From Clostridium sp. (GTDB lineage Bacteria > Bacillota > Clostridia > Clostridiales > Clostridiaceae): DNA of 62,161 bases. Location: NCBI GenBank assembly GCA_030626065.1, contig DAOUPR010000001.1:1-62161 (forward strand), written 5' to 3'. Position numbers and translations under genes: made by a program. Positions 1-10,027 of the stretch are shown here, in pieces. The notes under the pieces were generated by a model. That model did not search any database. It saw only the letters and a list, made by a program, of their open reading frames with translations, and had not been told where the DNA came from. Position 1 is the first letter of the stretch. Each line of letters begins with the position of its first letter.

Positions 1-222
1 TAAAATAATAAAAGGAATAGACCTCATAACATTTATAACATATCCTAGAATTCCATTGATTTTTTTGTGCTCCCAAATATGTCCTTTTTCAGTTATCACA
101 ACTATAACTCCTAAAGGTAATCCCAATATAACTGAAAATAGTGTTGAGAAAAATACCATATATAGAGTTTCAAATAATGATGGAAGAATAAGAATGTATA
201 AGTTAGTAATAGTTTCAATCAA
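1..222 (-). CDS. metI: Methionine ABC transporter permease (5' part, runs off window)
   Basis: Manual translation from TTG at 222: MIETITNLYILILPSLFETLYMVFFSTLFSVILGLPLGVIVVITEKG...NVMRSIPFIIL, a MetI N-terminus directly after metN. Confidence 0.9.
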   Translation of the reverse strand, partial: MIETITNLYILILPSLFETLYMVFFSTLFSVILGLPLGVIVVITEKGHIWEHKKINGILGYVINVMRSIPFIIL

Positions 223-1236
223 TTAAATCACCTCAACTCTCAAATTTATATCTTTTAAGTAATTTATAGATTTAGTTACTGATTCTTCCTTGCCACAAAT
301 TTTAATTATAAGATACCCTAAATTAGTATCCTGGATATTTTCAATATTTCCTGAAAGTATACTTACATCCACATCAAATTTTTTAATCATTTTTGAGATT
401 ATTGGTTCTTTTGACCTCGCTCCTATAAAATCTATTCTTAAGACCTTTTCTTCAATACCTTTGTTTTTTTCAGTAGACAATACATTCTCTGGAATATCAT
501 ATTTATTTTCTTGTAAGAAACTTCTTAGAATATCTGTCTTTGGATTTGAAAAAACAGAAACCACATCTCCCTCTTCTACCAGGCTACCTTGCTCTAATAC
601 GGCTACTTTGTTACATATTTTTTTTATTACATCCATTTCATGAGTTATTATAATAATTGTAATATTAAATTTTTTATTTATTTTCTTCAGCAATTCCAAA
701 ATAGACTGTGTAGTGTTTGGATCTAAAGCCGAAGTTGCCTCATCACATAATATTATTTCCGGGTCATTAGCAAGTGCTCTTGCAATACCAACCCTTTGCT
801 TTTGTCCTCCTGATAATTCAGATGGATAACTATTACTTTTATCTTCTAAATCAACAACATCTAATAATTTCTTAACTTTTTTATCTATCTCTTCTCTTCT
901 ATATCCAGAAATCTTCAGTGGAAAGGCTATATTATCATAAACTGTTGAATTCATAAGCAAATTAAAATGCTGAAAAATCATACCTATATTCTTTCGCATT
1001 GACCTCAACTCTTTAGCCCCAACTTTTACAATATCTTTACCGTCGATGAATATTTCTCCACTAGTAGGTCTCTCCAACATATTAATACATCTAACTAAAG
1101 TAGATTTACCTGCACCACTAAGACCTATAATTCCAAATATGTCCCCATGTCCAATAGATAAATTTATATCTTTAAGAGCCTCAAAGGACTTTTCTTTTGA
1201 AATATACGTTTTACTTAAATTCTTAATTTCTATCAA
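223..1236 (-). CDS. metN: Methionine ABC transporter ATP-binding protein
   Basis: Walker A GLSGAGKS, LSGGQKQRV, CDEATSALDP, C-terminal NIL-like domain; SAM riboswitch upstream. Confidence 0.95.
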   Translation of the reverse strand: MIEIKNLSKTYISKEKSFEALKDINLSIGHGDIFGIIGLSGAGKSTLVRCINMLERPTSGEIFIDGKDIVKVGAKELRSMRKNIGMIFQHFNLLMNSTVYDNIAFPLKISGYRREEIDKKVKKLLDVVDLEDKSNSYPSELSGGQKQRVGIARALANDPEIILCDEATSALDPNTTQSILELLKKINKKFNITIIIITHEMDVIKKICNKVAVLEQGSLVEEGDVVSVFSNPKTDILRSFLQENKYDIPENVLSTEKNKGIEEKVLRIDFIGARSKEPIISKMIKKFDVDVSILSGNIENIQDTNLGYLIIKICGKEESVTKSINYLKDINLRVEVI

Positions 1237-1350
1237 TCATTTCACTCCCTACTTATTCCTGACAAACTATTATTTTTGTGTTCATAATGATCAATATTAA
1301 AATAACTTTGTAAGACAAGAGGCACCATCTTGTCCAACAATTCTATGCAA

Positions 1351-1387
1351 TAAAAAAACTTCTACCAGAATCACTGAAAGAAGTTAA
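1351..1387 (-). terminator. Expression-platform terminator of the SAM-I riboswitch
   Basis: Minus strand AACTTCT...AGAAGTT followed by a T run, just downstream of the aptamer. Confidence 0.75.
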
Positions 1388-1397
1388 GTTCATTTTA

Positions 1398-1496
1398 ATA
1401 TTATCTCTCAGCTTACGCTGTAGGATTTAGCACCGGGTTTTTACACTGGTTGCTGGGTTTCATAGGGCCTATTCCCTCCACCACTCTTGATAATTT
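1398..1496 (-). ncRNA. SAM-I (S-box) riboswitch
   Basis: Minus strand TTATCAAGAG..GGAGGGA..GGCCCTATGAAACCCAGCAACC..GGTGCTAAATCC..GAGATAA matches the S-box consensus; upstream of metN. Confidence 0.95.
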
Positions 1497-1523
1497 ATTA
1501 TTAAGTTTTTGATGATGCTTATG

Positions 1524-1552
1524 AGTATATCTCAAATTTCAAACTCTGTCAA
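1524..1552 (-). promoter_or_regulatory. Sigma-A promoter for the S-box/metN leader
   Basis: TTGACA-N17-TATACT on minus strand. Confidence 0.8.
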
Positions 1553-1577
1553 TGTTAATATTATAAAAAACAACAGA

Positions 1578-2045
1578 TTATTTTTTCTTCCTCATCTTTA
1601 GTTTCAAGAAAGCCAATGCCTTTTTAGAATCCAACTCATCTAAATTATTTTCGCCAACCACTTCTGTCTCGATACCTTTTTCTGATTTATTAATATCCAC
1701 TATAGTATCCATATATTTGTTGGTAACTACAAACTTAGCTTGAGTTCCAACGAAAGTCACACCAACTAAAGGAATATCTCTCTTACCAATCTCTTCAATA
1801 GTATTAGCAAAATCAACATGGGAGTTACCCCAACCGTCTGCTGAAAGAATTACTCCATCTGATCTCATAGATTCAGCAAGTACTGCTGCTCTTTTTCCTA
1901 CATAATACTTTTCTCTATTTCCTTGTGGTGTTCCTACCACTACAATACCTAATAAATCAACATCAGTATCCTTTGAAACCACGTCTAATAGAGGGTCTCT
2001 AAAATGATGTAGTGTTGTTTCCTTTGTAGAAGGTCCTATTCCCAT
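1578..2045 (-). CDS. prdE: Proline reductase cluster protein PrdE
   Basis: Starts MGIGPSTKETTLHHFRDP, homologous to the post-cleavage part of PrdA (CIGPASKETTRHYWREP). Confidence 0.9.
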   Translation of the reverse strand: MGIGPSTKETTLHHFRDPLLDVVSKDTDVDLLGIVVVGTPQGNREKYYVGKRAAVLAESMRSDGVILSADGWGNSHVDFANTIEEIGKRDIPLVGVTFVGTQAKFVVTNKYMDTIVDINKSEKGIETEVVGENNLDELDSKKALAFLKLKMRKKK

Positions 2046-2061
2046 TCTAATTCACCTCTCC

Positions 2062-2820
2062 TTATGTATTTGCCCTAATTGCTCCATCCCTATATTCATT
2101 AGGCGATAAAACAACTGGTTCATTACCCATATCAATAATTGATCTTCCTCCATCAAAACCACTTGGCTCATGAGGTAGAACTATATTATCATAATTTGCT
2201 CCTTGACCTGCAACTTGCTTTATAATAACAACTTTTTTCTTTCCATGTCTAACTCTATCAAAATACTCATGAGATTCTGAGCAACTTCTTCCATCAAGCT
2301 TCTTTAATATTTCTCTATACTTCTGAATGAAGACATCACTAGCCCTATGAGCTGCCATTACTAACTCCCTACTATAAGGTAATCCACCTTTTAAAACTAC
2401 ATCAATATGAATAATATAGTCTTTCTTAGACGGGGTTCCCGCTCTATCAAATACCATTTGTTCCTTAAGAATACCTTCTGATGAACCAAACTCACCCATT
2501 TGTCTTCCATCAGCATCAATACCTGTTAGCATCACATAAGCACCTGTTATAGTATGAGTAATACCTTCACCTATTTTACCAAGAACCTTTGTTGATATAG
2601 GTATTACATCCATTATAGTGTTTACGTATCTATCATAATCACCTGGTTCAATTATATCTATATTAATCTTTTCTATTAACTCTTCTGACTCTTCTAGAAA
2701 TTGAATTATATTCTTATCAACAACTAACGTATTTCCTTGTATACTTGTTTTTTCACCAAAAACAACTTCATTTATATGAAATGCTTTTATTACGAGCCTT
2801 CTCAAAATTGTATCCTCCAT
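2062..2820 (-). CDS. prdD: Proline reductase cluster protein PrdD
   Basis: Homologous to the pre-cleavage part of PrdA (QMGEFGSSEG, DMGNEPVVLSP); prd context. Confidence 0.9.
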   Translation of the reverse strand: MEDTILRRLVIKAFHINEVVFGEKTSIQGNTLVVDKNIIQFLEESEELIEKINIDIIEPGDYDRYVNTIMDVIPISTKVLGKIGEGITHTITGAYVMLTGIDADGRQMGEFGSSEGILKEQMVFDRAGTPSKKDYIIHIDVVLKGGLPYSRELVMAAHRASDVFIQKYREILKKLDGRSCSESHEYFDRVRHGKKKVVIIKQVAGQGANYDNIVLPHEPSGFDGGRSIIDMGNEPVVLSPNEYRDGAIRANT

Positions 2821-2848
2821 AACGTCATCTCCTTCCGTTATTACTAAA

Positions 2849-2975
2849 AGTATGAAATGTGAAGTGTGAAGTTTAGGATGATTTTGCTTCGCAAAATCTA
2901 CTATTCAATTAAAAAATTTCCGAAGAATGAGGAAATTATCCATCATTTCACACTTCACATTCCACTCTTCACACT
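2849..2975. repeat. Composite palindromic repeat, copy 1 (TGTGAAG-type heptamer arms)
   Basis: Heptamer arm-GGATGATTTTGCTTCGCAAAATCT-AT spacer-AATTTCCGAAGAATGAGGAAATTATCC-(CTTCACA)n. Confidence 0.8.
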
Positions 2976-3062
2976 ATTATTAAATCAATATTTATTAATA
3001 AATGATATCATATATAAACAATATTTAAAATAATAGCCTAATTTTAAAGTGTTTTATTCGAA

Positions 3063-3102
3063 CAAAGCTTCCTCACCCATGAAACTCAAAGTGAGAAAGC
3101 TT
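3063..3102 (-). terminator. Stem-loop after the prd permease gene
   Basis: AAAGCTTCCTCAC...GTGAGAAAGCTTT imperfect inverted repeat. Confidence 0.5.
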
Positions 3103-3126
3103 TATAATCTGTTTATTTTTTATATA

Positions 3127-4008
3127 TTACTCTGCTACTGCTTCAGCATTACCTGTATTCTTAGTAGCTTTCATTAACATTGTTGCACCAGTATATGTAA
3201 CAACAACAATTACTAACCATCCTAATACACCAAGTGGTAATGATTTTACTAAGTATGCAGCAAATAATACACCTACAGCTCCTGCAACTGCAATACCCAT
3301 AGCTGCTCTTCTATCATAAGCTCCTTCTTTAACAAACTTAACTGATGCAACTGGCATCAAGAAAGCACAAGAACCCATCATAATTGGGAATGCAACTGCT
3401 GGAGACATTCCTAGGAAGTATATTAATGCCATACATGGAGCATACATACCTATACCTGCAGTCATTAAAGCACCTAAAATAAAGTTACCAATAACACCAA
3501 GAACTAATTTTCCACCAGTTAATGCGATTGCTTCTCCGCCACCTGGCATCCAACTCATTTTTCCTGCTAACATCAAGAATGCAGTTACTAATAAAGCTAT
3601 ACCCATTGCAATTTGAACAGTTCTTTCATCAAATTTAGCAACTACACCTGCTCCTAAATATGCTCCTAAAGTTGCAGCAGCAAGCATTAATACTAATGTT
3701 AATGTATCTACTTCAATTACTTTAATAAATATAAATGCTTCCATAATAACTGGGATTGTACAAGAAACATTTAATGTACCTGGTAATAATCTATCTTCTA
3801 TCTGTTTAAATCCTCTTAACAATGCCGTTGTTGGAGCAAATGAACCTATACCTAGAGTATCAAAAAAGTTTGTTACAAAACCAATACCTGATACTTTTAC
3901 CCATGAATTGTTCTCTAAGTTGTCCTTGTGCTTCATGAAATCTTTTACAAATACTACTGAAAACCAAGCTCCAAAAGCTCCTAATGCACCTAAAATTGCT
4001 GTTACCAT
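3127..4008 (-). CDS. TauE/SafE (TSUP)-like membrane permease inside the prd operon
   Basis: Highly hydrophobic, GFVTNFFDTLGIGSFAPT motif, internal repeat. Confidence 0.75.
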   Translation of the reverse strand: MVTAILGALGAFGAWFSVVFVKDFMKHKDNLENNSWVKVSGIGFVTNFFDTLGIGSFAPTTALLRGFKQIEDRLLPGTLNVSCTIPVIMEAFIFIKVIEVDTLTLVLMLAAATLGAYLGAGVVAKFDERTVQIAMGIALLVTAFLMLAGKMSWMPGGGEAIALTGGKLVLGVIGNFILGALMTAGIGMYAPCMALIYFLGMSPAVAFPIMMGSCAFLMPVASVKFVKEGAYDRRAAMGIAVAGAVGVLFAAYLVKSLPLGVLGWLVIVVVTYTGATMLMKATKNTGNAEAVAE

Positions 4009-4086
4009 ATTAACATCTCCCTTGTTTAATATTATTTTATAATGACTTTATAATAACTCCCAATAATTAATCTTGTATTAAATTAA

Positions 4087-5094
4087 CTATTGAAATGTGA
4101 AACCATTTCCCACCGGATCTTCTGGGTCTATTACCATTTGATTAAATCCTGTGATATAAGCACTACCAGTAATTTCTGGAATAATTGCATCAAGTTCTCC
4201 AACTTTTGTATTTCCAACTATTCTTCCTTTAAACATTGTTCCAATTATACTTTCATATACAAACAACTCATTTTCCTTAAGCTTACCTTTTGCATATAAT
4301 GTAGCTATCTTAGCGCTTGTACCAGTTCCACATGGTGAACGGTCAACTTGTCCTTCTCCAAATATAACAACGTTTTTGAATGTTGCTGCTGGATTTGTTG
4401 GCATATCGTATATTTCAACTAAATCTACAGTTTTTATATGTGCTTGCTCTGGATGTTGAATTTCAATTTCTTTATTTACTATATCTCTAATCATTAATCC
4501 TAACTCTGTAAGTCTGTTAACATTTTTAGTTTCTACTGTAACGCCTAATTCTTTTGCATTTACTATAGCAAAGAAACTTCCACCAAATGAGATATCTAGT
4601 GTAACTTTTCCAACAGTAGGAACGTCAATTACTACATCTCTTTTATATAAGAAAGAAGGTACATTTTTGAATGATACTTCTTTAGCTTTACCATTGTCCA
4701 CTTTAACACTTGCTCTAACAAGGCCTGCTGGTGCTTCTAAAACAACCTGAGTAACTGGCTCAACAACCTCTACCATACCTGTTTCAACAGCAGCAGTAGC
4801 AGCTCCTATAGTTCCATGTCCACACATATTAAGGTATCCGCCACCATCCATGAATATTATTCCAATATTTGCTTCTGGATTAGTTGGTTGTGTAATAATA
4901 GAACCAAACATATCTTTATGTCCTCTTGGCTCATGCATTATAGCTGTTCTTAAATCATCTAAATTATTTTCAAGGTATTCTTTTTTTTCAGGCATTGTCT
5001 TTCCTGGTATTACAGGTATTCCCCCTACTACTATACGTGTTGGCTCTCCCATTGTATGAGAATCAATTACGTTAATTGATCTATTTACTTTCAT
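4087..5094 (-). CDS. prdF: Proline racemase
   Basis: Catalytic motifs MCGHG and DRSPCGTG; DSHTMGEPTR N-terminus. Confidence 0.97.
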   Translation of the reverse strand: MKVNRSINVIDSHTMGEPTRIVVGGIPVIPGKTMPEKKEYLENNLDDLRTAIMHEPRGHKDMFGSIITQPTNPEANIGIIFMDGGGYLNMCGHGTIGAATAAVETGMVEVVEPVTQVVLEAPAGLVRASVKVDNGKAKEVSFKNVPSFLYKRDVVIDVPTVGKVTLDISFGGSFFAIVNAKELGVTVETKNVNRLTELGLMIRDIVNKEIEIQHPEQAHIKTVDLVEIYDMPTNPAATFKNVVIFGEGQVDRSPCGTGTSAKIATLYAKGKLKENELFVYESIIGTMFKGRIVGNTKVGELDAIIPEITGSAYITGFNQMVIDPEDPVGNGFTFQ

Positions 5095-5134
5095 TACTTA
5101 CACTCCTTAATGAATACGTTATTTTGTTATTTTA

Positions 5135-5163
5135 TTGACAAACATAGATAAAATTTTTATAAT
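5135..5163 (+). promoter_or_regulatory. Perfect sigma-A consensus promoter oriented antisense to prdB
   Basis: TTGACA(5135-5140)-N17-TATAAT(5158-5163); activity unknown. Confidence 0.5.
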
Positions 5164-5238
5164 GTTGTCTTAATTTACCCATAAAATAATATAAACAATA
5201 TAACATTACATAATATTCTGACTTTTTAATTTTTTAAC

Positions 5239-5269
5239 GCTTTCCTACCTCTATAAGAGATAGGAAAGC
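5239..5269. terminator. Stem-loop downstream of prdB (no U tail; terminator or mRNA stabiliser)
   Basis: GCTTTCCTACCTCT-ATA-AGAGATAGGAAAGC. Confidence 0.55.
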
Positions 5270-5279
5270 TAATTAAATT

Positions 5280-6005
5280 CTATAGTTCTGCAATATACTC
5301 ATATGGAAGTGATTTTATTCTTCCTGGTGTTTCAATAGAAACTAATGCTTCTAAAGTTTCTTTAGTAATAGCAGTTTGCATTTCTATGTTGTTTGGCTCA
5401 CCAGCATTTGCTCCCATTGGAACTAATGGAGCTGTTACTCTTGGTGCACCATTTTGTCTTACTACAGGAGGTAACGCTGCAATAATTATTGTAGGTATTC
5501 CTGCTTCTTCAATCGCTCTCTGCACAATCACGGCAGAGCGGTGGCAAGTTCCTCAGCCAGCAGTTAAAAGAACAGCATCTACGCCTTCTTCTTTTAATTG
5601 TTTAGCTATTTCTGGACCAGTTTCTTCAGTGAAAACTTTAACGTCTCCACCGCCACCCATAAATCCGAAGTTTACAGGTGCAAGACCTTTTATAACTCCT
5701 TCTTCAGCTAATTCCCTCATTCTATCTATTGGGAACATACAGTTTACGTCTTTATTTACATCTGCATTATCATATCCTCCGTGAGAAACCATTAAATCAG
5801 AACTTGGTGCATCTCCTGGAATAACTCTAAAGCTTGTATCTCCTGCAAAGTTAAATCTTTCATCAGATTTTAAGTGTACACCAGCAGCTGTTGCTAATGC
5901 TACAACCATTTCATTCAATGGTTTTGTAACAGGAGTCCATACTACTGGAGGTGTATTTGGAACGAATATTTCAGATTGTAATCCTTTTACGCTTGTTAAG
6001 CTCAT
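5280..6005 (-). CDS. prdB: D-proline reductase selenoprotein subunit (241 aa, Sec at UGA 5553-5555)
   Basis: ORFs 5553..6005 and 5280..5531 are in frame across TGA: LLTAG-U-GTCHRSAVIVQRAIEEAG (UxxC); SECIS-like hairpin 5514-5540; sel genes adjacent. Confidence 0.97.
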
Positions 6006-6016
6006 TTTCTTACCTC

Positions 6017-6301
6017 CTATTTATTTTCTTCTAATTTTCTTTTAATTTCTTTAGTTCTTTTTGCTATTTCAGCATATTCTTCATCAATTTCTGGACCTAG
6101 TACTTCAGGATAGCTCATCATAAAGCCAACTACTTGCCCTATTTCTATTTTATATTCAGTAATTACTAACCTTCTAGGTACTTTCAATTGACCCATTCTT
6201 CCTTTAAGGTCCATTGTAACTGAACAATCATCAACATCTACCACTATTCCTTCAAAGAATTTTTCTGAAGATAAATATTTAAGTCTATCCATCATCAACA
6301 C
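6017..6301 (-). CDS. Small conserved prd-cluster protein (CBO2463/CBO2479-like)
   Basis: Lies between prdA and prdB as in other prd operons; DLKGRMGQLKVPRR motif. Confidence 0.75.
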   Translation of the reverse strand: MLMMDRLKYLSSEKFFEGIVVDVDDCSVTMDLKGRMGQLKVPRRLVITEYKIEIGQVVGFMMSYPEVLGPEIDEEYAEIAKRTKEIKRKLEENK

Positions 6302-6307
6302 TCCATC

Positions 6308-8182
6308 CTAGTCTTCTTTTTCGTATATTTCTTGTCTCTTCTTACTCTTTTCTAATGATTGCTCATTATCTTCTAACTCTATTTTTCTTCCTGTAGCTTT
6401 TTCTATAGCATCAATGTTATTTAATTTAACATTTGGATTCCATTTTCTTTCAGCTTCTTTAATTTCTTCACCAGCCATTTTAGCTTTCAACATATAAGCT
6501 GCACGAACAGCATCTTCTGGAGCAAGACAGTTGTTTTCTAATATTTCATTTTCAATACCGTAAGCTGATTTGTTGTTATCAATTAAAGCATCCATGTATG
6601 GGTTTCCAACAACTAATTGACCTTGTACTGCTGAGAAAGATACTCCTACTACTGGAATTCCTCTCATACCAATTTGCTCGATGTGGCTGGCAAAATCAAT
6701 GTGGTTATTTCCAAAACCTTCAGTTGTAACGATAGCACCATCAACATCCATAGCTTCTACTGTCATACCTAATATTTTAGATACATAGAATTTCTCAGAG
6801 TTTACTTGAGGTGAACCTACAAATATTACTCCTGCTAAATCTAATTCTTCATCATTCATTATTTCTTGTACTAATGGCTCTCTCCAATAATGTCTAGTAG
6901 TTTCTTTTGAAGCAGGTCCTATACAAGTTAATGCGTGAATACATCCATCTAATACTTGAAGTGGAGAAACAACAACTGGAACATTTCCTAAATCAACGTT
7001 TGGTTTAGCTCCAAGTGTTCCTGCAGGTTCTACTGGTAATATAAAGTTATCATGCATAGCTCCTTGACCCATGATTTCTTTAACTATTACAACTTTCTTC
7101 TTACCTGGACGACGTACTTGCTTAAATTCTTCTTCATTTACTACTAAGCTTTCCTCAACAGTTTTAAGAGCTTCTCTTATTTCTTGAGTGATAACATCTG
7201 TAGCTTCATGGGCAGCCATTGGTCCTGGTCTTTCCATATTTGTTCCTTCTTTAACTTTTACTTCAGTTTTGATGAAAATTTCGCCTTTTTCTGGAGCACC
7301 AGGTCTTCCCCACATGATATTTCTATCAAGTTTACCTTCTGAAGAACCGAACTCACCGATTTGAACACCATTTTCATCAGTACCAGTTACCATTACGATA
7401 ACTCCATCAAGTACTCTTGTAACACCTACTCCTAATTCGCCTTCTTCTTTTGTAGCGATTGGTTGAATATCCATTATTGTTTCTGAGTATTCATCATATC
7501 TTTCTGGAGTAATTATATCTAATTTAATATCAACGACTAAATCTTGAGATTCGATTGCATCTTTAACAACATCTTCTCTTAAGAATAATGTAGTTCCTTC
7601 TATTTTTGTTTCTTTAGCTAATTCAACTTTTTCTATGTTGAAGTGCTTTCTTGTTAAAGTTCTTACAACTTTTTCTTCTAATTTCTTTTCTTCAACTACA
7701 GCATTTTCTTCAGTAGCAACATTTGCAACTACAGGAGCTGTTCCAGCAACTACTCCTCCAGCTATTGATAAAGGAATTTCTAAGTTAATATCTCTACCTT
7801 CGCCAATATGGATTTTAACTGTGCCGCCTCCAACGCTTGTAATAGGTGCTACTGGTGCTACTGGTGCTACAGCTTCTACTGCTGGTGTAGCCTTTTCAAC
7901 TTCTTCTACAGCTTCCTCTGTTTCCATAGCTGTTACTCCATCAAGTAAATCTGCAGTTAATGCTGTTAACGCATCTACAGTAACCTTTAATTTTGCTCCT
8001 AAAACCTCTCCGATTTTAAGACAATCTCCTGGAATTTCCAATAAATTTGATGCTTCTAAATCTGGTATAATATTAGGATCTTCTAAATTTGATGGCTCAA
8101 TAACTGTTCCTGCTTCAAATCTGCAACATGTAACAGCTACATCATTTGCGTGCTCTTGAGCAGTTTCTATTGTTATAGACAT
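6308..8182 (-). CDS. prdA: D-proline reductase proprotein (pyruvoyl-forming)
   Basis: MSITIETAQEH N-terminus; cleavage motif HALT/CIGPASKE; Ala/Pro-rich linker. Confidence 0.97.
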   Translation of the reverse strand: MSITIETAQEHANDVAVTCCRFEAGTVIEPSNLEDPNIIPDLEASNLLEIPGDCLKIGEVLGAKLKVTVDALTALTADLLDGVTAMETEEAVEEVEKATPAVEAVAPVAPVAPITSVGGGTVKIHIGEGRDINLEIPLSIAGGVVAGTAPVVANVATEENAVVEEKKLEEKVVRTLTRKHFNIEKVELAKETKIEGTTLFLREDVVKDAIESQDLVVDIKLDIITPERYDEYSETIMDIQPIATKEEGELGVGVTRVLDGVIVMVTGTDENGVQIGEFGSSEGKLDRNIMWGRPGAPEKGEIFIKTEVKVKEGTNMERPGPMAAHEATDVITQEIREALKTVEESLVVNEEEFKQVRRPGKKKVVIVKEIMGQGAMHDNFILPVEPAGTLGAKPNVDLGNVPVVVSPLQVLDGCIHALTCIGPASKETTRHYWREPLVQEIMNDEELDLAGVIFVGSPQVNSEKFYVSKILGMTVEAMDVDGAIVTTEGFGNNHIDFASHIEQIGMRGIPVVGVSFSAVQGQLVVGNPYMDALIDNNKSAYGIENEILENNCLAPEDAVRAAYMLKAKMAGEEIKEAERKWNPNVKLNNIDAIEKATGRKIELEDNEQSLEKSKKRQEIYEKED

Positions 8183-8274
8183 ATAATTCCCTCCTTGTTT
8201 TTTACTCTTTTCTTTTATTTTATTTTGCTATTTTAAAAAGTATTGTTTTTTTAATAACTTTTTATTTATAAATC

Positions 8275-8410
8275 AATGTGCAATGTGCAATTAGCAATTA
8301 GCAATTAAGGATGATTCTCTCCTTTCGTCGAGAATCTTTTTATTTAATTTTAAGATTTTGCTCTGCAAAATCATCCTTAATTGTGCATTGTGGATCGTGC
8401 ATTGTGCATT
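8275..8410. repeat. Composite palindromic repeat, copy 2
   Basis: (AATGTGC/AATTAGC)n-AAGGATGATTCTCTCCTTTCGTCGAGAATCT-spacer-AGATTTTGCTCTGCAAAATCATCCTT-(ATTGTGC)n. Confidence 0.9.
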
Positions 8411-8421
8411 CTCTTTTAAAA

Positions 8422-9708
8422 TTAGTTCTCTGTTTTTCTATAAAGTTTGTGGCCAAAGGCTCTTAAAACGTGATCTGTACTATGGTAAACGGGAACTCCT
8501 AACCTAGGAGCTACTTGCATCACAGTGTTAGTTCAATCCTGACATGTACCAGTAAGTACTACCTCCGCACCTTCTTTTTTAAGATATAGTACTTTTTCTG
8601 CTTGACCTGGACATACTCCTGGTTTGTCGCATCTATATCTTCCATTAACTTCAACCATTCTTTTGCATTTTGTAGTAGCAACTACTTCTGCACCCATAGC
8701 CTCAGCAATCTCAGTTAATCTTTCTTCCCCAGCACCACATTCACATGCAATAACTCCAACTTTTCTTTTTTCTGTTGGGAATGGCATACTTACCAAAATT
8801 CCACCTAGAGTTTTATTAACAGGAGTCCATTCTTCTCCATGTCTTCCTGTGAAAGGCCCTCCAGTTACAATTTCACCATGCGGCTCAATGTAACCACCAC
8901 ATTCATTTATGTAATGTCCTATTGGCATACCTATAGGAATATCAAAGAATACTCTACCTTTTTGAGCTTCTTTTACTCTACCACCTACAGTAATATCTTT
9001 AGAAATCACAGGTCTTCTTTCTTCAATAGCTAATGTTATATTTTTAAGTGTTTCTACATTTGAAATGATAGCTTTTGCTGTTATTGGTAATGCACCTGGC
9101 TCTAATTGAACTCCTAAAAGCTCTCTAACAATAACTCTCTCATCGCCTGCAGGATACATATTCGGTAAAAATTTTACTTCTATATTTTCTTCCTCTTTAC
9201 AAGCATTTGCTACTGATAATAATGCTTTTTTATGAATAGGCTTTATTGCAACATAACCCTTTGCAGCACCTGTAATTTCCATTACATATTTAAGTCCTCT
9301 AATAACAATACCTGGATTTTCTTCTAAAAGCATTGTATTGTGATTTAATGTTGGCTCACACTCTGCAGCATTTACTATGACAGTTCCACCTTTTAAATCA
9401 GTGTTAAACTTAACATAAGCTGGGAAACCTGCACCACCAGCACCAACTATACCAGCTTCTTTTATTGCTTCAAGATTATTTTCAACTTCTTTTATTTTTA
9501 TATACTCTTTAGGTTGCTCATCATTGGCTTCAATAATAATGCTATTACCATCTATATCAATAACTTTTCCTAAAACACTAGAATGTATGTTAGCTCCTAA
9601 TCCTTTTGGGATTGCTATTAATTGTCCTTTTTGCACTTCTTCGTCGACCTTTACTATTGGTTCACAAGGAGCTCCTACATGTTGTTTTAATAATATAGAG
9701 ATATTCAT
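8422..9708 (-). CDS. prdC: Proline reductase electron-transfer protein PrdC, selenoprotein (428 aa, Sec at UGA 8533-8535)
   Basis: RnfC-like N-terminal part (GIVGAGGAGFP, NAAECEP); frame continues past TGA as TGTCQD-U-TNTVMQVAPRLGVPVYHSTDHVLRAFGHKLYRKTEN to TAA at 8422; hairpin 8494-8512. Confidence 0.92.
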
Positions 9709-9770
9709 TATTTCACCTCCTTAAATAATTTGCATATATTTAGTTTGTCCTTATTTTCATAATTATATAT

Positions 9771-9787
9771 AGCAATTGCTGTGCCAA
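9771..9787 (-). promoter_or_regulatory. Sigma-54 (-24/-12) promoter of the prd operon
   Basis: TTGGCAC-AGCAA-TTGCT on minus strand, about 60 nt upstream of prdC. Confidence 0.9.
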
Positions 9788-9903
9788 CTTTGTGAAATTT
9801 TCAGTTTAAAAGATATATTCGACATAATTAGCACTATCACTAGTATAGAAAATAATTATAATATTGAATTTACTTATAAAAATTCTTAATATAAATCCTA
9901 ACG

Positions 9904-10027
9904 TGTCAATTTTCTGACGCTATTGTTAAAAATTTATCCTTCACTTTGTTTGTAAACCTTTAAATTACTGTGAAATACCATATCTAAAGAAAACGTCAAT
10001 AATTTGACGTTTGTCAGATTATTGACG
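9904..10027. promoter_or_regulatory. Three candidate PrdR upstream activating sites
   Basis: YGTCA-N6-TGACG at 9904-9919, 9994-10009 and 10012-10027. Confidence 0.65.

Noticed and set aside
1314-1334. GACAAGA-GGCACCA-TCTTGTC hairpin in the metN leader
   Set aside because: Single short hairpin; cannot be tied to either repeat family or to a function
9922-9940. Rex-like site TTGTTAAAAATTTATCC upstream of prdC
   Set aside because: Only one half-site matches; too weak in AT-rich DNA
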